Shown piece after piece: positions 44,601 to 53,346 of a stretch of 64,000 bases of DNA. The translations under genes were made by a program, and so were the position numbers. The number at the start of each line of letters is the position of its first letter. The first letter of the stretch is position 1. The DNA is from Candidatus Omnitrophota bacterium (GTDB lineage Bacteria > Ratteibacteria > UBA8468 > MWAK01), in assembly GCA_043797665.1 (NCBI GenBank), contig JAZDPL010000061.1, positions 1,065-65,064 on the forward strand. Reading direction: 5' to 3'. The notes beneath the pieces are model-generated. The model searched no databases, was not told the origin of the DNA, and saw nothing but the letters and a program-made list of their open reading frames with translations.

Positions 44601-45074
44601 GGCCAGTGTCTGTAACTGCGTCAGCGTCTGGGGCGGGATGGGCGAAATTTTGGGCAGTAGGTTCGCATCAAAAACCAGTTCATCGGCGGTCTTGGCGTTC
44701 CGTGCATAGGTACGGGTTAGCCAGAAGCAGAAGTGGAACAGTTCGCGTACCGCCGTCAGGGCATCAAGCTGCTGCACCGGCCTGGTGCTGTGGACGGCCT
44801 GATTGCCTAATTCTTTAATAACCCGCGCCTTGTTGAAAACCGCCGGCCCGACCACCTGCCGGAAAGTGGGCTCGTGAATGAGCGCATTCAGGTGGTCCTG
44901 ATAGGGTAAAGTGAGCGCCCTGTCGTTCCGGTAGAGCCACGCCACAGCGAGTTCCAGCGCGCGCCGGGCGTAGAAACAGGCCGCCCGCGCATCGGGATAG
45001 GCCAGCGCTTCCGCTTTGGACGCGGCATCGTGCAATTCGGGCCATTCAACTTTGAGAAAGGTGAAGTTTGACAT
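41655..45074 (-). CDS. hsdR: type I restriction enzyme R subunit
   Basis: 1139 aa with SF2 helicase motifs MATGAGKTRT (Walker A) and VIIDEAHRS (DEAH). An N-terminal nuclease region and a long helical C-terminus are present. It belongs to an operon with hsdM and hsdS. Confidence 0.95.
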   Translation of the reverse strand: MSNFTFLKVEWPELHDAASKAEALAYPDARAACFYARRALELAVAWLYRNDRALTLPYQDHLNALIHEPTFRQVVGPAVFNKARVIKELGNQAVHSTRPVQQLDALTAVRELFHFCFWLTRTYARNAKTADELVFDANLLPKISPIPPQTLTQLQTLAAQLAEKDTRLSILLSDKAALNEELKRLREEVAKTKAANAVYPDTHDYSEVETRDYFIDLLLKEAGWALDKPQDREFEVGGMPNNEGRGFVDYVLWGDDGKPLAVVEAKRTKRDARVGQQQAKLYADCLEKQFGQRPVIFYSNGYEHWLWDDANYPPRPVQGFLKKADLELLTQRRSTRRSLAGAEINPDIVERYYQTRAIRRIGEAFEKDHDRKALVVMATGAGKTRTVIALCDLLMRCNWVKRVLFLADRVALVNQTVGVFKKHLPASSPVNLVTEKNTEGRVYVSTYPTMMRLIDETRDGQKKFGVGHFDLVIIDEAHRSVYQKYRAIFDYFDSLLVGLTATPKDEVDHNTYGLFELETGVPTDVYGLEEAVNDKFLVPPKAVSVPLKFQREGIRYDQLSEEDKEQWDALEWGEDGEVPEHVEAEAVNKWLFNKDTVDKVLEHLLTRGLKVSDGDRLGKTIIFAKNHAHAEFIAERFNANYPHYKGEFARVIDFKVEYAQSLIDNFSLPDKAPHIAISVDMLDTGIDIPEVVNLVFFKLVRSKTKFWQMVGRGTRLRPDLFGPGKPKEFFYLFDYCQNLEFFSQNPETTEGSLGESLGKKLFTTRLELIGELDRKLGAPAAGAPDHVQEQMISYGDTFTEQEIRHEMVALLRGQVAAMNVDNFIVRPRRRLVEKYAKPEAWTALKSENFDELARNVAGLPSELMDEDEEAKRFDLLMLRLQLMLLRTDPFFERSRDQVRYIAGLLEEKSSIPMVREQMLLILEIQTDAYWQDVTIPILETARKRLRTLVKLIEKTKRKYVYTDFEDQMGKEAAVELSGFGAGADFERFRAKARQFLREHENHLTIHKLRWNKPLTATDLEELERIMLQAGVGTSVDLNRAKQESRGLGLFIRSLVGLDREAAKRAFDQFLSGKISTANQIEFINLIINHLTEHGVLETARLYESPFTDISPRGPEGLFTLTQVDQLVSLLSEIRQLAVA

Positions 45075-45115
45075 TATGCGCCTCTCAGAACCAACTCCCT
45101 GAATATAGTCCGCCT

Positions 45116-46150
45116 CTATTTCAATTCTTCTTGTATCGGCATTTTCAATGCGTTTGCGTCAGGAAGTTTTCCCGCCAAATATCTGGGAAGTTTCTTTGTA
45201 AGATAGTACTCAGCAACACCCACGGGCTTTTTGACACTGCGTAAGGCATACTCAACCACGATGTTATCCTTATCCGCACACAGAATAATACCTATTGACG
45301 GATTCTCATCTTTCAACTTCACTTGTTCATCCAACAGATGCAGGTAAAAATCCATTTTACCGGCATATTCGGGTTCGAACTTACCGGTCTTAAGCTCAAC
45401 TGCCACGAGACATTTCAATTTGCGGTTGAAAAACAGAAGATCAACGAAATATTCGTTATTTCCCAGCGTGAGCCGGTATTGATTACCGAGAAATGAAAAT
45501 CCGTAACCAAGCTCCAGAATAAACTGTTTGATTTTCTCCACAAGCCTTTTTTCAAGATCCCGCTCCAAGACCGGTTTGGTAATGCCGAGAAAATCAAGGT
45601 TGTAAACGCTTTTTATGGCTTCATCCGCCTGTTCGGCGAGATGGACAGGCAAGGCTTTAGGAAAATTGTGGGTTTTTTGTCTCTGGCTTAATGCGTATGC
45701 GTTGGCTTTTATCTGATTGAGAAGCACATTCCTTGACCAGCCAAAATCACGGGAAGATTTAATATAATATTCCCGTTCGTCATCAGCGGAAATCTTCTCC
45801 ATAATCAGCAGATTATGCCCCCATGGAATTTCTGCAACAAGCTGTTGCAGAAATGGCTTGTCTTTGTATTCCTCATATAATCTGCGCATGTTCCACACAT
45901 TTCTCTCCGAAAACCCTTGCACCTCTGGAAAGGACTTTTGTAAGTCGCGGGCAAGAACCTCAACAACATTGTCACCCCACTTGTATTTTTGCTGACGCTC
46001 AACGATGTTTTTACCGATATCCCAGTATAGATTTATAAGCTCTTTATTGACCGATCTTATCGCCTGAATCCGCGCTGTAAGAATGCGAGATTTAATTTCA
46101 TTTAAGAATTCAATGTATTCTTTACCCGCTATGTTTTGTCGAGTAGACAT
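45116..46150 (-). CDS. DUF1016/YhcG-like PDDEXK nuclease-fold protein
   Basis: 344 aa. The N-terminus Y..FLNEIKSRILTARIQAIRSVNKELINLYWDIGK and the C-terminal core FVDLLFFNRKLKCLVAVELKTGKF (D...ExK) are as I recall for YhcG-family proteins. Confidence 0.75.
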   Translation of the reverse strand: MSTRQNIAGKEYIEFLNEIKSRILTARIQAIRSVNKELINLYWDIGKNIVERQQKYKWGDNVVEVLARDLQKSFPEVQGFSERNVWNMRRLYEEYKDKPFLQQLVAEIPWGHNLLIMEKISADDEREYYIKSSRDFGWSRNVLLNQIKANAYALSQRQKTHNFPKALPVHLAEQADEAIKSVYNLDFLGITKPVLERDLEKRLVEKIKQFILELGYGFSFLGNQYRLTLGNNEYFVDLLFFNRKLKCLVAVELKTGKFEPEYAGKMDFYLHLLDEQVKLKDENPSIGIILCADKDNIVVEYALRSVKKPVGVAEYYLTKKLPRYLAGKLPDANALKMPIQEELK

Positions 46151-46170
46151 CTTTTAAATCCTCAAAGGAG

Positions 46171-47895
46171 TCATGCCCCCGCCGCTTTCCGGATGAATTC
46201 ATTCATGCACGTGACCAGCGCCTCTCGCCTGAAGCGCAGAAACTCCCGGTAATTTTCCATCTTCCACAACTCCGGCGTACATGGCACCCGTTGGGCGTCC
46301 AGCGCCGCCTGTCCCCGTGCCTCGATGATGCCTGGTAGATACGCGCCCGGTTCCTTGTTGCTCAACTGGCGGTTGGTCTGGCCGGTGATAAAAGCCATAT
46401 TTGCGATTTCATTGATCTCGCCTGTCTCGAAATCGCGCTTCTTGAGTAAAGACTTAGGAAAAATATGGTGCCACTGGATGAAATGCATCCGGCCTTGATT
46501 GGTCAGAGAAAGACCCAGCCCACTGAACCAGTCCTTCGCGCCGCCGTCTTTAAGGGCGAGGTAGGCCAACGAAAACAAGGGGCTGTTTGCGCCGCGCCCG
46601 GCAAGATCCGTCGTCTCGATATGCAAGCGTCCGAACTGTTGTTTCACCGGTTCAAGCAGCGTCGCGATGTCGCCGGAACGGAAGATTATGGCCAAATCCT
46701 CATTGAGCAGTGATTCGGTGGAACCGCGCGAGTAACGACCACGCGCGTTGGCAATTAGCAACCAGTACAAGAGTGCGTTCTGCTCCGCCTGCGTAAGTTT
46801 GTTGTTTTTGGCGCGACTGACGGCGGCCAGCGCAAGGATGAACATCGGGGATGAAAGCAGCGATTCATCTTCGATACCGGCGTTCGTCCGCAGAAAGTTG
46901 ATTGCATAGCGCAGTCCTTCCTGGGCCTCATCCCAGCCCGTTTTTAGCCGTGCCACGGACGTGCCGCCTACAATTCGAAAAAGACATTGCTTGGTTGCAA
47001 ACACTACGATGGACCGCACCAGCAGACCGAGGTCGAGCGTGAACCACCTTTGCTCACACTCCTCCTGAAACTCTTCGAGATGTTTGAGCAGGTTCGGCCA
47101 GCGCGACGTCATCTGGGCCAGCGCGAGGTCCGACGAACGCAACTTGGCGCCCAACGAGTTCACGCGGACGAAGATCTCCGTCACCTCCTCGTATTTCATC
47201 GCCCGTTCCAGCACGTGGACCACATACGGATAGCTCTTAATCTGCCGCAACTTGGTTAGCCGGTCGGAGTATTTCTGGTAGCGCGGATCTTTGAATGACT
47301 CAATACCCGCTTTTTCCAAGATAGCGGTATCACTGGACTTAAATACTTCACTCACCGACACCCAGTTGGGCAGTGCTTGCAGGTTCCGGCTGGCCACCAC
47401 GAACGTGCGCCGGTTCAGCCGCTCCACCAATCCCTCGTCGGAGTCGCCATTATCGTCGGCTTCGTCCACCATCTCGTCGTCTGGAGTCAGTAGCGATTCC
47501 TCATCGCTAACGACCTCGACGACCTCGGTAGGCGGGCCCTCCGGATGTTCCAGGTTGAATAGAATTTCAATCGGCCGCTTGCGACCGCGTACTGTTACCG
47601 GTTCGCCATTGAGCACAGCCGTCAATGAAGTCAGGCGTTGCTGTCCGTCGAGCAGCAGTTTGCGTCCGGCGAATGCCGTCGTGTCCTGCGGAATGGCGAA
47701 ATCGTGGGTCGGAATAGGCTCATCCGTTTCCCACATCAGGATCGAGCCACTGGGATAACCGCGATACAAAGAATCAAATAGGTCGCGTACACGCGTCGCC
47801 CGCCACACGTAATGGCGCTGGATTTCGGGCAACTGCAACTCCCCCCGTTTATACATATCAACCAGAGTGCTGATTGGAATGTTCTGTTGTTGCAT
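46171..47895 (-). CDS. DUF262 (ParB-like) plus DUF1524/HNH-like protein, GmrSD-type modification-dependent nuclease family
   Basis: 574 aa with N-terminal LPEIQRHYVWR and LLLDGQQRLTSL (DUF262 hallmarks). The C-terminal HHIFPKSLL...NEIANMAFITGQTNRQLSN is a His-Me finger-like motif. Confidence 0.8.
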   Translation of the reverse strand: MQQQNIPISTLVDMYKRGELQLPEIQRHYVWRATRVRDLFDSLYRGYPSGSILMWETDEPIPTHDFAIPQDTTAFAGRKLLLDGQQRLTSLTAVLNGEPVTVRGRKRPIEILFNLEHPEGPPTEVVEVVSDEESLLTPDDEMVDEADDNGDSDEGLVERLNRRTFVVASRNLQALPNWVSVSEVFKSSDTAILEKAGIESFKDPRYQKYSDRLTKLRQIKSYPYVVHVLERAMKYEEVTEIFVRVNSLGAKLRSSDLALAQMTSRWPNLLKHLEEFQEECEQRWFTLDLGLLVRSIVVFATKQCLFRIVGGTSVARLKTGWDEAQEGLRYAINFLRTNAGIEDESLLSSPMFILALAAVSRAKNNKLTQAEQNALLYWLLIANARGRYSRGSTESLLNEDLAIIFRSGDIATLLEPVKQQFGRLHIETTDLAGRGANSPLFSLAYLALKDGGAKDWFSGLGLSLTNQGRMHFIQWHHIFPKSLLKKRDFETGEINEIANMAFITGQTNRQLSNKEPGAYLPGIIEARGQAALDAQRVPCTPELWKMENYREFLRFRREALVTCMNEFIRKAAGA

Positions 47896-47897
47896 AG

Positions 47898-49142
47898 TTA
47901 TAGGTCTCCTTTAAACGCGCGGTGCTGGAGGGAAGCGAAGAGTGAATCCAACTTCGCCAACGACACCCGCTGCTTCGCTTTCAATCGTTCCACCGTTTTC
48001 ACCTGCCCGGCAAACTCACGTTGTAGTGGAAACGGAGGGACCGAAACCTGTAGCTTGCTCAAGTTGCCTCTGGAGATCCTCTCACGAGTCGTACCGGTAG
48101 CGTGTCGGGCAACCTGCTTTCGAAACGAGTCGCTGTTGATGCATGAAACGAGCCAATAAATGTCGGGGCCGCCTTTCGACGGACGAATGATGCACACATC
48201 AACGACTGTCACGCACTCCTGATGTTCACCGGGGAAGATACACGCTCGTCCCAGTGGGTCAGGCATTCGGGCAACCAAGACATCGCCCGTGCGAAGGAAC
48301 GTGCAACGAAGATCTGCCGCCTTTTCGGGAGTTAAAAAACGAGCGGATTTGTTGAGGTAGATGCCATCACCAACATCAGCGAGCTGTATGAGCCTTACGG
48401 CTCCGTCTGGGTTTTGGTCCTTCGATTCAACCCAATCGCCGTCAACGAACACTTCTGCATTTTCTAGAACTTTAGCGAATGGCTTTGCCTCCCAATGCTT
48501 CGGATTCGTCACCGGATCACCAAACATCTCAAGAAAAATTGCTTGGGTGAGGATATCAAGTTGGGCGAGGGCATGGCGACGCTTGGCTCGCAACGCTTCC
48601 GCCCGGTCCAGTACCTCTGCAATCCGCCGCTGCTCCGCCAAGGGGGGGAGGGGAATACGCAGTTGCTTCAATAAACCGCTATTGAAGCCCGCCATAATGG
48701 CGCCGTGGCACTTAGCTTTTATCTGTGCGACAACGAGCGGGCAGAAATTGAGCATCCACGATACGTAAGGTGGCCACGCTGCATGTGTATCGAGGCTAAT
48801 CTTGATTAGATGACTTGAGATAATGGATTTCTCCAAGTCGTCTGGGACGACACACGTCCGTCCTACTGTTCCCATGTTCGTGACAAGGAGGTCCCCAGGT
48901 TTGACTGTGTATTGGCTGAGCTCGCGGAATTTCGGTTCAGGGATGTACTTCCGTTTTTCAGACACCAATTCGTTAGGAAAAACATCTTCAATCCCAAGTA
49001 CTCTGACACCAACTTCAGAATACTCGTGCTTCTTCAGCGCGCTGCCGAAAGGGCCAATCCGGATGGCGCTTTTCTCTGGAGCCGCGATTTGTTCCATCGT
49101 TGGGAAGCGCCAACCAACCGGCGGTTCGTAGGGGAGTCTCAC
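47898..49142 (-). CDS. hsdS: type I restriction enzyme specificity subunit
   Basis: 414 aa with two target-recognition halves, each followed by the conserved helix (LPPLAEQRRIAEVLDRAEALRAKRR and VPPFPLQREFAGQVKTVERLKAKQR). It overlaps hsdM by 4 nt. Confidence 0.9.
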   Translation of the reverse strand: MRLPYEPPVGWRFPTMEQIAAPEKSAIRIGPFGSALKKHEYSEVGVRVLGIEDVFPNELVSEKRKYIPEPKFRELSQYTVKPGDLLVTNMGTVGRTCVVPDDLEKSIISSHLIKISLDTHAAWPPYVSWMLNFCPLVVAQIKAKCHGAIMAGFNSGLLKQLRIPLPPLAEQRRIAEVLDRAEALRAKRRHALAQLDILTQAIFLEMFGDPVTNPKHWEAKPFAKVLENAEVFVDGDWVESKDQNPDGAVRLIQLADVGDGIYLNKSARFLTPEKAADLRCTFLRTGDVLVARMPDPLGRACIFPGEHQECVTVVDVCIIRPSKGGPDIYWLVSCINSDSFRKQVARHATGTTRERISRGNLSKLQVSVPPFPLQREFAGQVKTVERLKAKQRVSLAKLDSLFASLQHRAFKGDL

Positions 49143-50677
49143 TTCAGCATCCCCCCCAACTCCTTCATCCCCTGCTGAATCTCCGCCTCCAGATTGGAAA
49201 GGTCGGCGAGGATATCCTGCGGTGGGCGGTGCTGCACTTCTTCATGCACCACTTCCTTGTACCGGTTAAGGGAGAGGTCGTAGCCCTGTGCCATGAGGTC
49301 GGCCTTGGGCACACAGAAACTCTGCGCGGTGCGTGGGCGTTTACGTTCTGTTTTGTCCCGCTGTTTCCAGCGCGCCAGCACGTCAGGTAGGTTATTCTTA
49401 GCGAGTTCCTCGGCTGTCAACGCATGCGCGGGAACGGGACCGAGTTTTTCCTCGGGTAGAAACGGTTGGCGCTTGTCGTCCAAAGACCAGCCGTCGGCGT
49501 CGCAGTCGTAGAACCACACCTGGTCGGTCCCGCCGGAGTTGGTCTTGGTGAAAAGTAGAATGGCGGTGGACACGCCAGCGTAGGGCTTGAACACGCCGCC
49601 GGGCAACGAAATCACGGCGTCGAGCTTCTGCTCCTCGATGAGCATCTGGCGCAGGGTCTTGTGCGCGTTACTGGAGCCGAAGAGCACACCATCGGGCACA
49701 ATTACCGCGGCGCGGCCACCGGGCTTTAAGAGCCGCAGGAAGAGCGCGAGGAAGAGCAGTTCGGTCTTCTTAGTCTTGACGATCTGCTGGAGGTCCTTGG
49801 CGGTGTTCTCGTAGTCGAGTGACCCGGCGAAGGGCGGATTGGCTAAAACCAGGGTGTAACGTTCCTCTTCGCCGGCATGGTCTTCTGCGAGCGAGTCGCG
49901 GTAGCGGATGTCGGGGTTCTCCACACCGTGCAGCAACATGTTCATACTACCGATGCGCAACATGGTGTTGTCGAAATCGAAACCGTGGAAGGCATGCTGG
50001 TGGAAGTGCGTCTTCTGCTTCGCGTCGCGCAGGATCTCCGGGTGGCGCTCGCGTAGGTATTCACCCGCCGCGACGAGGAAACCGGCGGTGCCGCAAGCAG
50101 GGTCGCAGATTACGTCGCGTGGACCGGGGGCCGTCATCTCCACCATCAACCGGATGATGTGGCGCGGGGTACGGAACTGGCCGTTGGTGCCGGCGGTGGC
50201 GATTTTGCCAAGCATGTATTCGTAGAGGTCTCCCTTGGTGTCGCGGTCCTCCATCGGCACGCGGTCGATCAGGTCCACCACCTTGACCAGTAGTGCGGGT
50301 GTGGGTATGGTAAAACGAGCGTCCTTCATGTAATGTGCGTAGGTGGAACCGTTACCGACCTGAGTGCGGAGAAAGGGGAAGACGTGTTCGCTAACTATGG
50401 TAAACATCTCGTGCGCCTCGAAGTGTTTGAAGCGCGACCAGCGCAGATCGTCGTAGGGGCGGCCCTTGGGGTCTGTGCTCTTGGGGAAGACGCGCCGCTC
50501 CATCGGCGTTTTGAGCCGGGAGGACTTGTTCTCTTCCAGGGTGTGTAGGTCATCGAGACGACGCAGGAAGAGCAAGTAGGTGATTTGCTCGATGACTTCG
50601 AGCGGATTTGAGATGCCACCGGACCAAAAGGCGTCCCAGATGTGGTCGATTTGGTTGCGCAGTTCACCTGTAATCAC
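49139..50677 (-). CDS. hsdM: type I restriction enzyme N6-adenine DNA methyltransferase subunit
   Basis: 512 aa with the SAM-binding motif ICDPACGTAGFL and the catalytic LANPPFAG (NPPF). Confidence 0.95.
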   Translation of the reverse strand: MITGELRNQIDHIWDAFWSGGISNPLEVIEQITYLLFLRRLDDLHTLEENKSSRLKTPMERRVFPKSTDPKGRPYDDLRWSRFKHFEAHEMFTIVSEHVFPFLRTQVGNGSTYAHYMKDARFTIPTPALLVKVVDLIDRVPMEDRDTKGDLYEYMLGKIATAGTNGQFRTPRHIIRLMVEMTAPGPRDVICDPACGTAGFLVAAGEYLRERHPEILRDAKQKTHFHQHAFHGFDFDNTMLRIGSMNMLLHGVENPDIRYRDSLAEDHAGEEERYTLVLANPPFAGSLDYENTAKDLQQIVKTKKTELLFLALFLRLLKPGGRAAVIVPDGVLFGSSNAHKTLRQMLIEEQKLDAVISLPGGVFKPYAGVSTAILLFTKTNSGGTDQVWFYDCDADGWSLDDKRQPFLPEEKLGPVPAHALTAEELAKNNLPDVLARWKQRDKTERKRPRTAQSFCVPKADLMAQGYDLSLNRYKEVVHEEVQHRPPQDILADLSNLEAEIQQGMKELGGMLK

Positions 50678-50772
50678 GGTTGTTCAGTTGTTAAAAAATA
50701 ATACCTTCGGCAAAGAAAAAAGACAACCCATTTTTCTATTCAGGACACACAGTAAATGTTAGCATCCTGCCA

Positions 50773-51150
50773 GAATCCAGTCAAGGGATTATTAGTATGG
50801 AAAATATGATATAATACAGGGCAGCGGGGCCCGTGGCTCAGCGGTAGAGCAGCGGACTCATAATCCGTTCAGTTCAATTTTAACCAGAGGTTTTCTCCCG
50901 GGCTAATCTCCAGCAAACCATTACCTATCAACGGTCTTGTCATTGCGAGCCCGAAGGGCGTGACAATCTCATCCTTCCTCATTTTCAGCGAATTCTGTCA
51001 CACACCTGTCACACTTTTTCACGCCTCCATAATCAGCAGATTATGCCCCCATGGAATTTCTGCAACAAGCTGTTGCAGAAGAAGTTTGACATTATGCGTC
51101 TCTGTTTTTTGCTGAAGTTCGTTTAGTATCAAGGGATTTGAAAGAAATCA
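50773..51150 (+). repeat. T block copy 3 (promoter region, tRNA-like head 50827-50869, tail interrupted by a 79-nt patch at 51025-51103)
   Basis: It has the same 43-mer and the same upstream 52 nt as copy 2. Relative to copies 1 and 2, its tail carries an insertion made of two pieces of the adjacent R-M locus. Confidence 0.85.
50807..50815 (+). promoter_or_regulatory. extended -10 box TGATATAAT, 11 nt upstream of the tRNA-like head (copy 3), divergent from hsdM
   Basis: An exact TGnTATAAT match at the same spacing as in copy 2. Confidence 0.55.
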
Positions 51151-51167
51151 GCATAACGGGGCGACAT

Positions 51168-51365
51168 CCAAACCTGCCAGTTAGATAATTTCTTACCTAT
51201 TTTTCCCTCCCGGGAGTACTCCCGGATCCGGTAGAATGCCCCCATGGTAGAAGTCATATAGGAATGGTGGGACGGACTTTTTGGGGAAAGTGATACATAG
51301 GATACCACCCGAGGGGAGATTTACGCCAGGCGTGGACGTACGCAAAGCAGGAACGCATAGATTTT
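51168..51365 (+). repeat. type C element copy 3
   Basis: It aligns with 34744-34940 along its whole length. It contains the perfect 16-nt palindrome CCGGGAGTACTCCCGG. Confidence 0.85.
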
Positions 51366-51384
51366 CTCCGGGGGTTGTCTCACC

Positions 51385-51518
51385 TCGGCGGGTGGTTGTC
51401 TATCCGGCCTTCCTCTGACAACCCAAAACCTTTCCCAGCAAAACTTTCCCCACCCTCCAGTCGCAATTAATTACTAACAACGAATTTGACTACCCAAAGA
51501 GAATGAAGTATCCTTTAA
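51385..51518 (+). repeat. type A element copy A4 with promoter module ending 5 nt before an ATG
   Basis: CCTCTGACAACCCAAAACCTTTCCCAGC...CCCCACCCTCCAGTCGCAATTAATT...TTGACT(51486-51491)-17 nt-TATCCT(51509-51514)-TTAAT-ATG(51520). Confidence 0.8.
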
Positions 51519-51519
51519 T

Positions 51520-52065
51520 ATGATGCGATTGGATCAAAATAGGTTGAGAATGCAATACAAAAAACTCCGTAATGCTTATAAGCCGGATAGTATTCGGGCC
51601 GTGTTTGTTTTGGAATCTCCCCCGAAATCGGGAAAGTTTTTCTACAATCCGGAGGGCAAAACCACCGAGTCATTATTCAAAGCAATGATGGAGCTTATCG
51701 GCTACGCTCCGAAGGACCAGCAGAAGCAGGACGGTCTTAAGGAATTCAAAAGCCGCGGACTTATCATTGTTGACGCAATCTATATGCCGGTCAATGGCAT
51801 GAAGAAAAAGGAGCGCAACAACCGGATCATAGGCAAGTATAAGGTTCTTTTACAGGATTTGAACGCTCTTATTCCGGGTAAACGCACGCCGCTCATACTG
51901 GTTAAAGCGAATATCTGCCGATTATTGGAGAAGCGTCTAAAGAAAGATGGTTTTACTGTTGCCAATGAAGGTATCGTGGTGTATTTTCCGTCCGGCAGGC
52001 AACAGGGTAAGTTCCGGAAGCAGATCGCCTCCGTGCTGAATAAATCTGGAATAAAGGTCTCGTAG
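51520..52065 (+). CDS. 181-aa hypothetical protein (weak uracil-DNA-glycosylase-superfamily-like motif order)
   Basis: The ORF is clear. VFVLESPP ... IIVDAIYMP ... VVYFPSGRQQ is reminiscent of UDG motif 1, a middle strand and motif 2 in a protein of typical UDG size. This rests on pattern memory only. Confidence 0.3.
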   Translation: MMRLDQNRLRMQYKKLRNAYKPDSIRAVFVLESPPKSGKFFYNPEGKTTESLFKAMMELIGYAPKDQQKQDGLKEFKSRGLIIVDAIYMPVNGMKKKERNNRIIGKYKVLLQDLNALIPGKRTPLILVKANICRLLEKRLKKDGFTVANEGIVVYFPSGRQQGKFRKQIASVLNKSGIKVS

Positions 52066-52113
52066 CTACCGTTTTTTTCCCACCAATTCTATGCCGACAT
52101 CTCGGGTAAGGTT

Positions 52114-52147
52114 GCCGAATCCTTTGTCTATCAACAATTCCTATCTG
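52114..52147 (+). repeat. type E short element copy 2
   Basis: See 39595-39630. Confidence 0.7.
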
Positions 52148-52192
52148 TTACATATCCCACTTTACTGTCCACTATCTTTTACCCTGCCTGGT

Positions 52193-52470
52193 CCCCAGAA
52201 TCCCTTCCCCGCGCTCAGGTCCTACCCACCATACCTACTCTCCCCTGAGTAACTGTTGCATGCAACGGTTACTACTGACAATGTGGTGCCCTACCTCACC
52301 ACCCAGTTTCAATTCCTTCCTTTCTAATTTGCGATTTGCGAAGATATCACCCCAGAATTGATATTCTTCCCTCACCCAATCTCCAAAAATCCGTAAGAAG
52401 CGATTTTGGAGGTTGATTTAGCAGTTCTTCCCAACCACCATCCAAACGCAATTAATTCCGTTGTCGTTTA
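52193..52470 (+). repeat. type B copy B2 (hairpin 52248-52273) fused to a short type A core (A5, CGCAATTAATT at 52447-52457)
   Basis: CCCCAGAATCCCTTCCCCGCGCTCAGGTCCTACCCACCATACCTAC...GAGTAACTGTTGCATGCAACGGTTACT...TTTCTAATTTGCGATTTGCGAAGATATCACCCCAGAATTG... Confidence 0.8.
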
Positions 52471-52533
52471 ATTTATGGGTTGAAATGTGATAGAATAAGG
52501 GCAAGGAGCATCAGGCTAAAATGTTTCTTTTTG

Positions 52534-53346
52534 ATGGGCAAATGGAGGATTCCAATTAAAATAAGTCCGAAAAGGGTTGCATTAGGAATTGTATTCCTTT
52601 TTATTATACTTATACTCTTTTTTTGTAACGACATAAACCAAAGAAAAATAGCAAAACGTGCGGCGATAGAACAACAAAAGATTGCAGAGGAAAAACAAAA
52701 GATTACAGAGGAACAACGAAGGATCGCAGAGGAAAAAGCAGCAGATGTTAACGCCACGGACAATTACGGCAAGACCCCGCTACATCTGGCTGCAAACGAG
52801 GGTCGCACCGAAGCGGTGGAGGCATTACTCAAACGCGGAGCGGATGTTAGTGCAAAGAACAACGATGGTCAGACACCGCTGCACATAGCTGCTAACGCCG
52901 AGGTAGCTGAAGCATTGCTTAAACACGGAGCAGAAATTAATAGCAAAGATAATTACGGTCAGACTCCGCTGCATCAGGCTGCAAGATATGGTTGCGCTGA
53001 GGTGGCAGAGTTTTTAATTAGCAACCGGGCAGATGTCAACGCCAAAGATGGGTTTGGCAATACTCCGTTATTGTTGGCTATAATGGAGGGCAAAACCGAG
53101 GTGGCTAGTTTGTTACTTAAACACGGAGCAAAGGTTAACGTTAAGGCTGAATTTGGTTATACCCCGTTACACTTCGCTGCATCCGGGGGCCAAATCGACC
53201 AAACCGAGACGGTAGACTTGTTGCTCAAGTATGGAGCAAAGGTTAATGCCAGAAATGAGGAAGGTTATACCCCGCTGCACCTGGCTGTGCTCGCGGACCA
53301 CGCCGAGGCCGCTGCCTTGCTTCGGAAACACGGCGGAGTGGAGTAG
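52534..53346 (+). CDS. membrane-anchored ankyrin-repeat protein
   Basis: Start placed at MGKWRIP. One TM (VALGIVFLFIILILFF), a coiled EEKQK stretch, then about 6 ankyrin repeats (GKTPLHLAANEG...LLKRGADVSAKN etc.). Confidence 0.9.
   Translation: MGKWRIPIKISPKRVALGIVFLFIILILFFCNDINQRKIAKRAAIEQQKIAEEKQKITEEQRRIAEEKAADVNATDNYGKTPLHLAANEGRTEAVEALLKRGADVSAKNNDGQTPLHIAANAEVAEALLKHGAEINSKDNYGQTPLHQAARYGCAEVAEFLISNRADVNAKDGFGNTPLLLAIMEGKTEVASLLLKHGAKVNVKAEFGYTPLHFAASGGQIDQTETVDLLLKYGAKVNARNEEGYTPLHLAVLADHAEAAALLRKHGGVE

Noticed and set aside
51081-51103. Chimeric mini-ORF on the minus strand of the patch (ATGTCAAACTTC... = hsdR codons 1-4 fused out of frame to DUF1016 sequence).
   Set aside because: It is 19 codons long with no RBS context beyond the copied one. 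It is most simply a by-product of the mosaic patch rather than a gene.
31848-51150. Split-tRNA hypothesis: 5' halves joined in trans to a separately encoded 3' half, as in Nanoarchaeum.
   Set aside because: No candidate 3' half (T arm plus CGGGCCCA) was found anywhere in the window. GGGGCCCA at ~36790 has no T arm in front of it. The idea is unsupported here.
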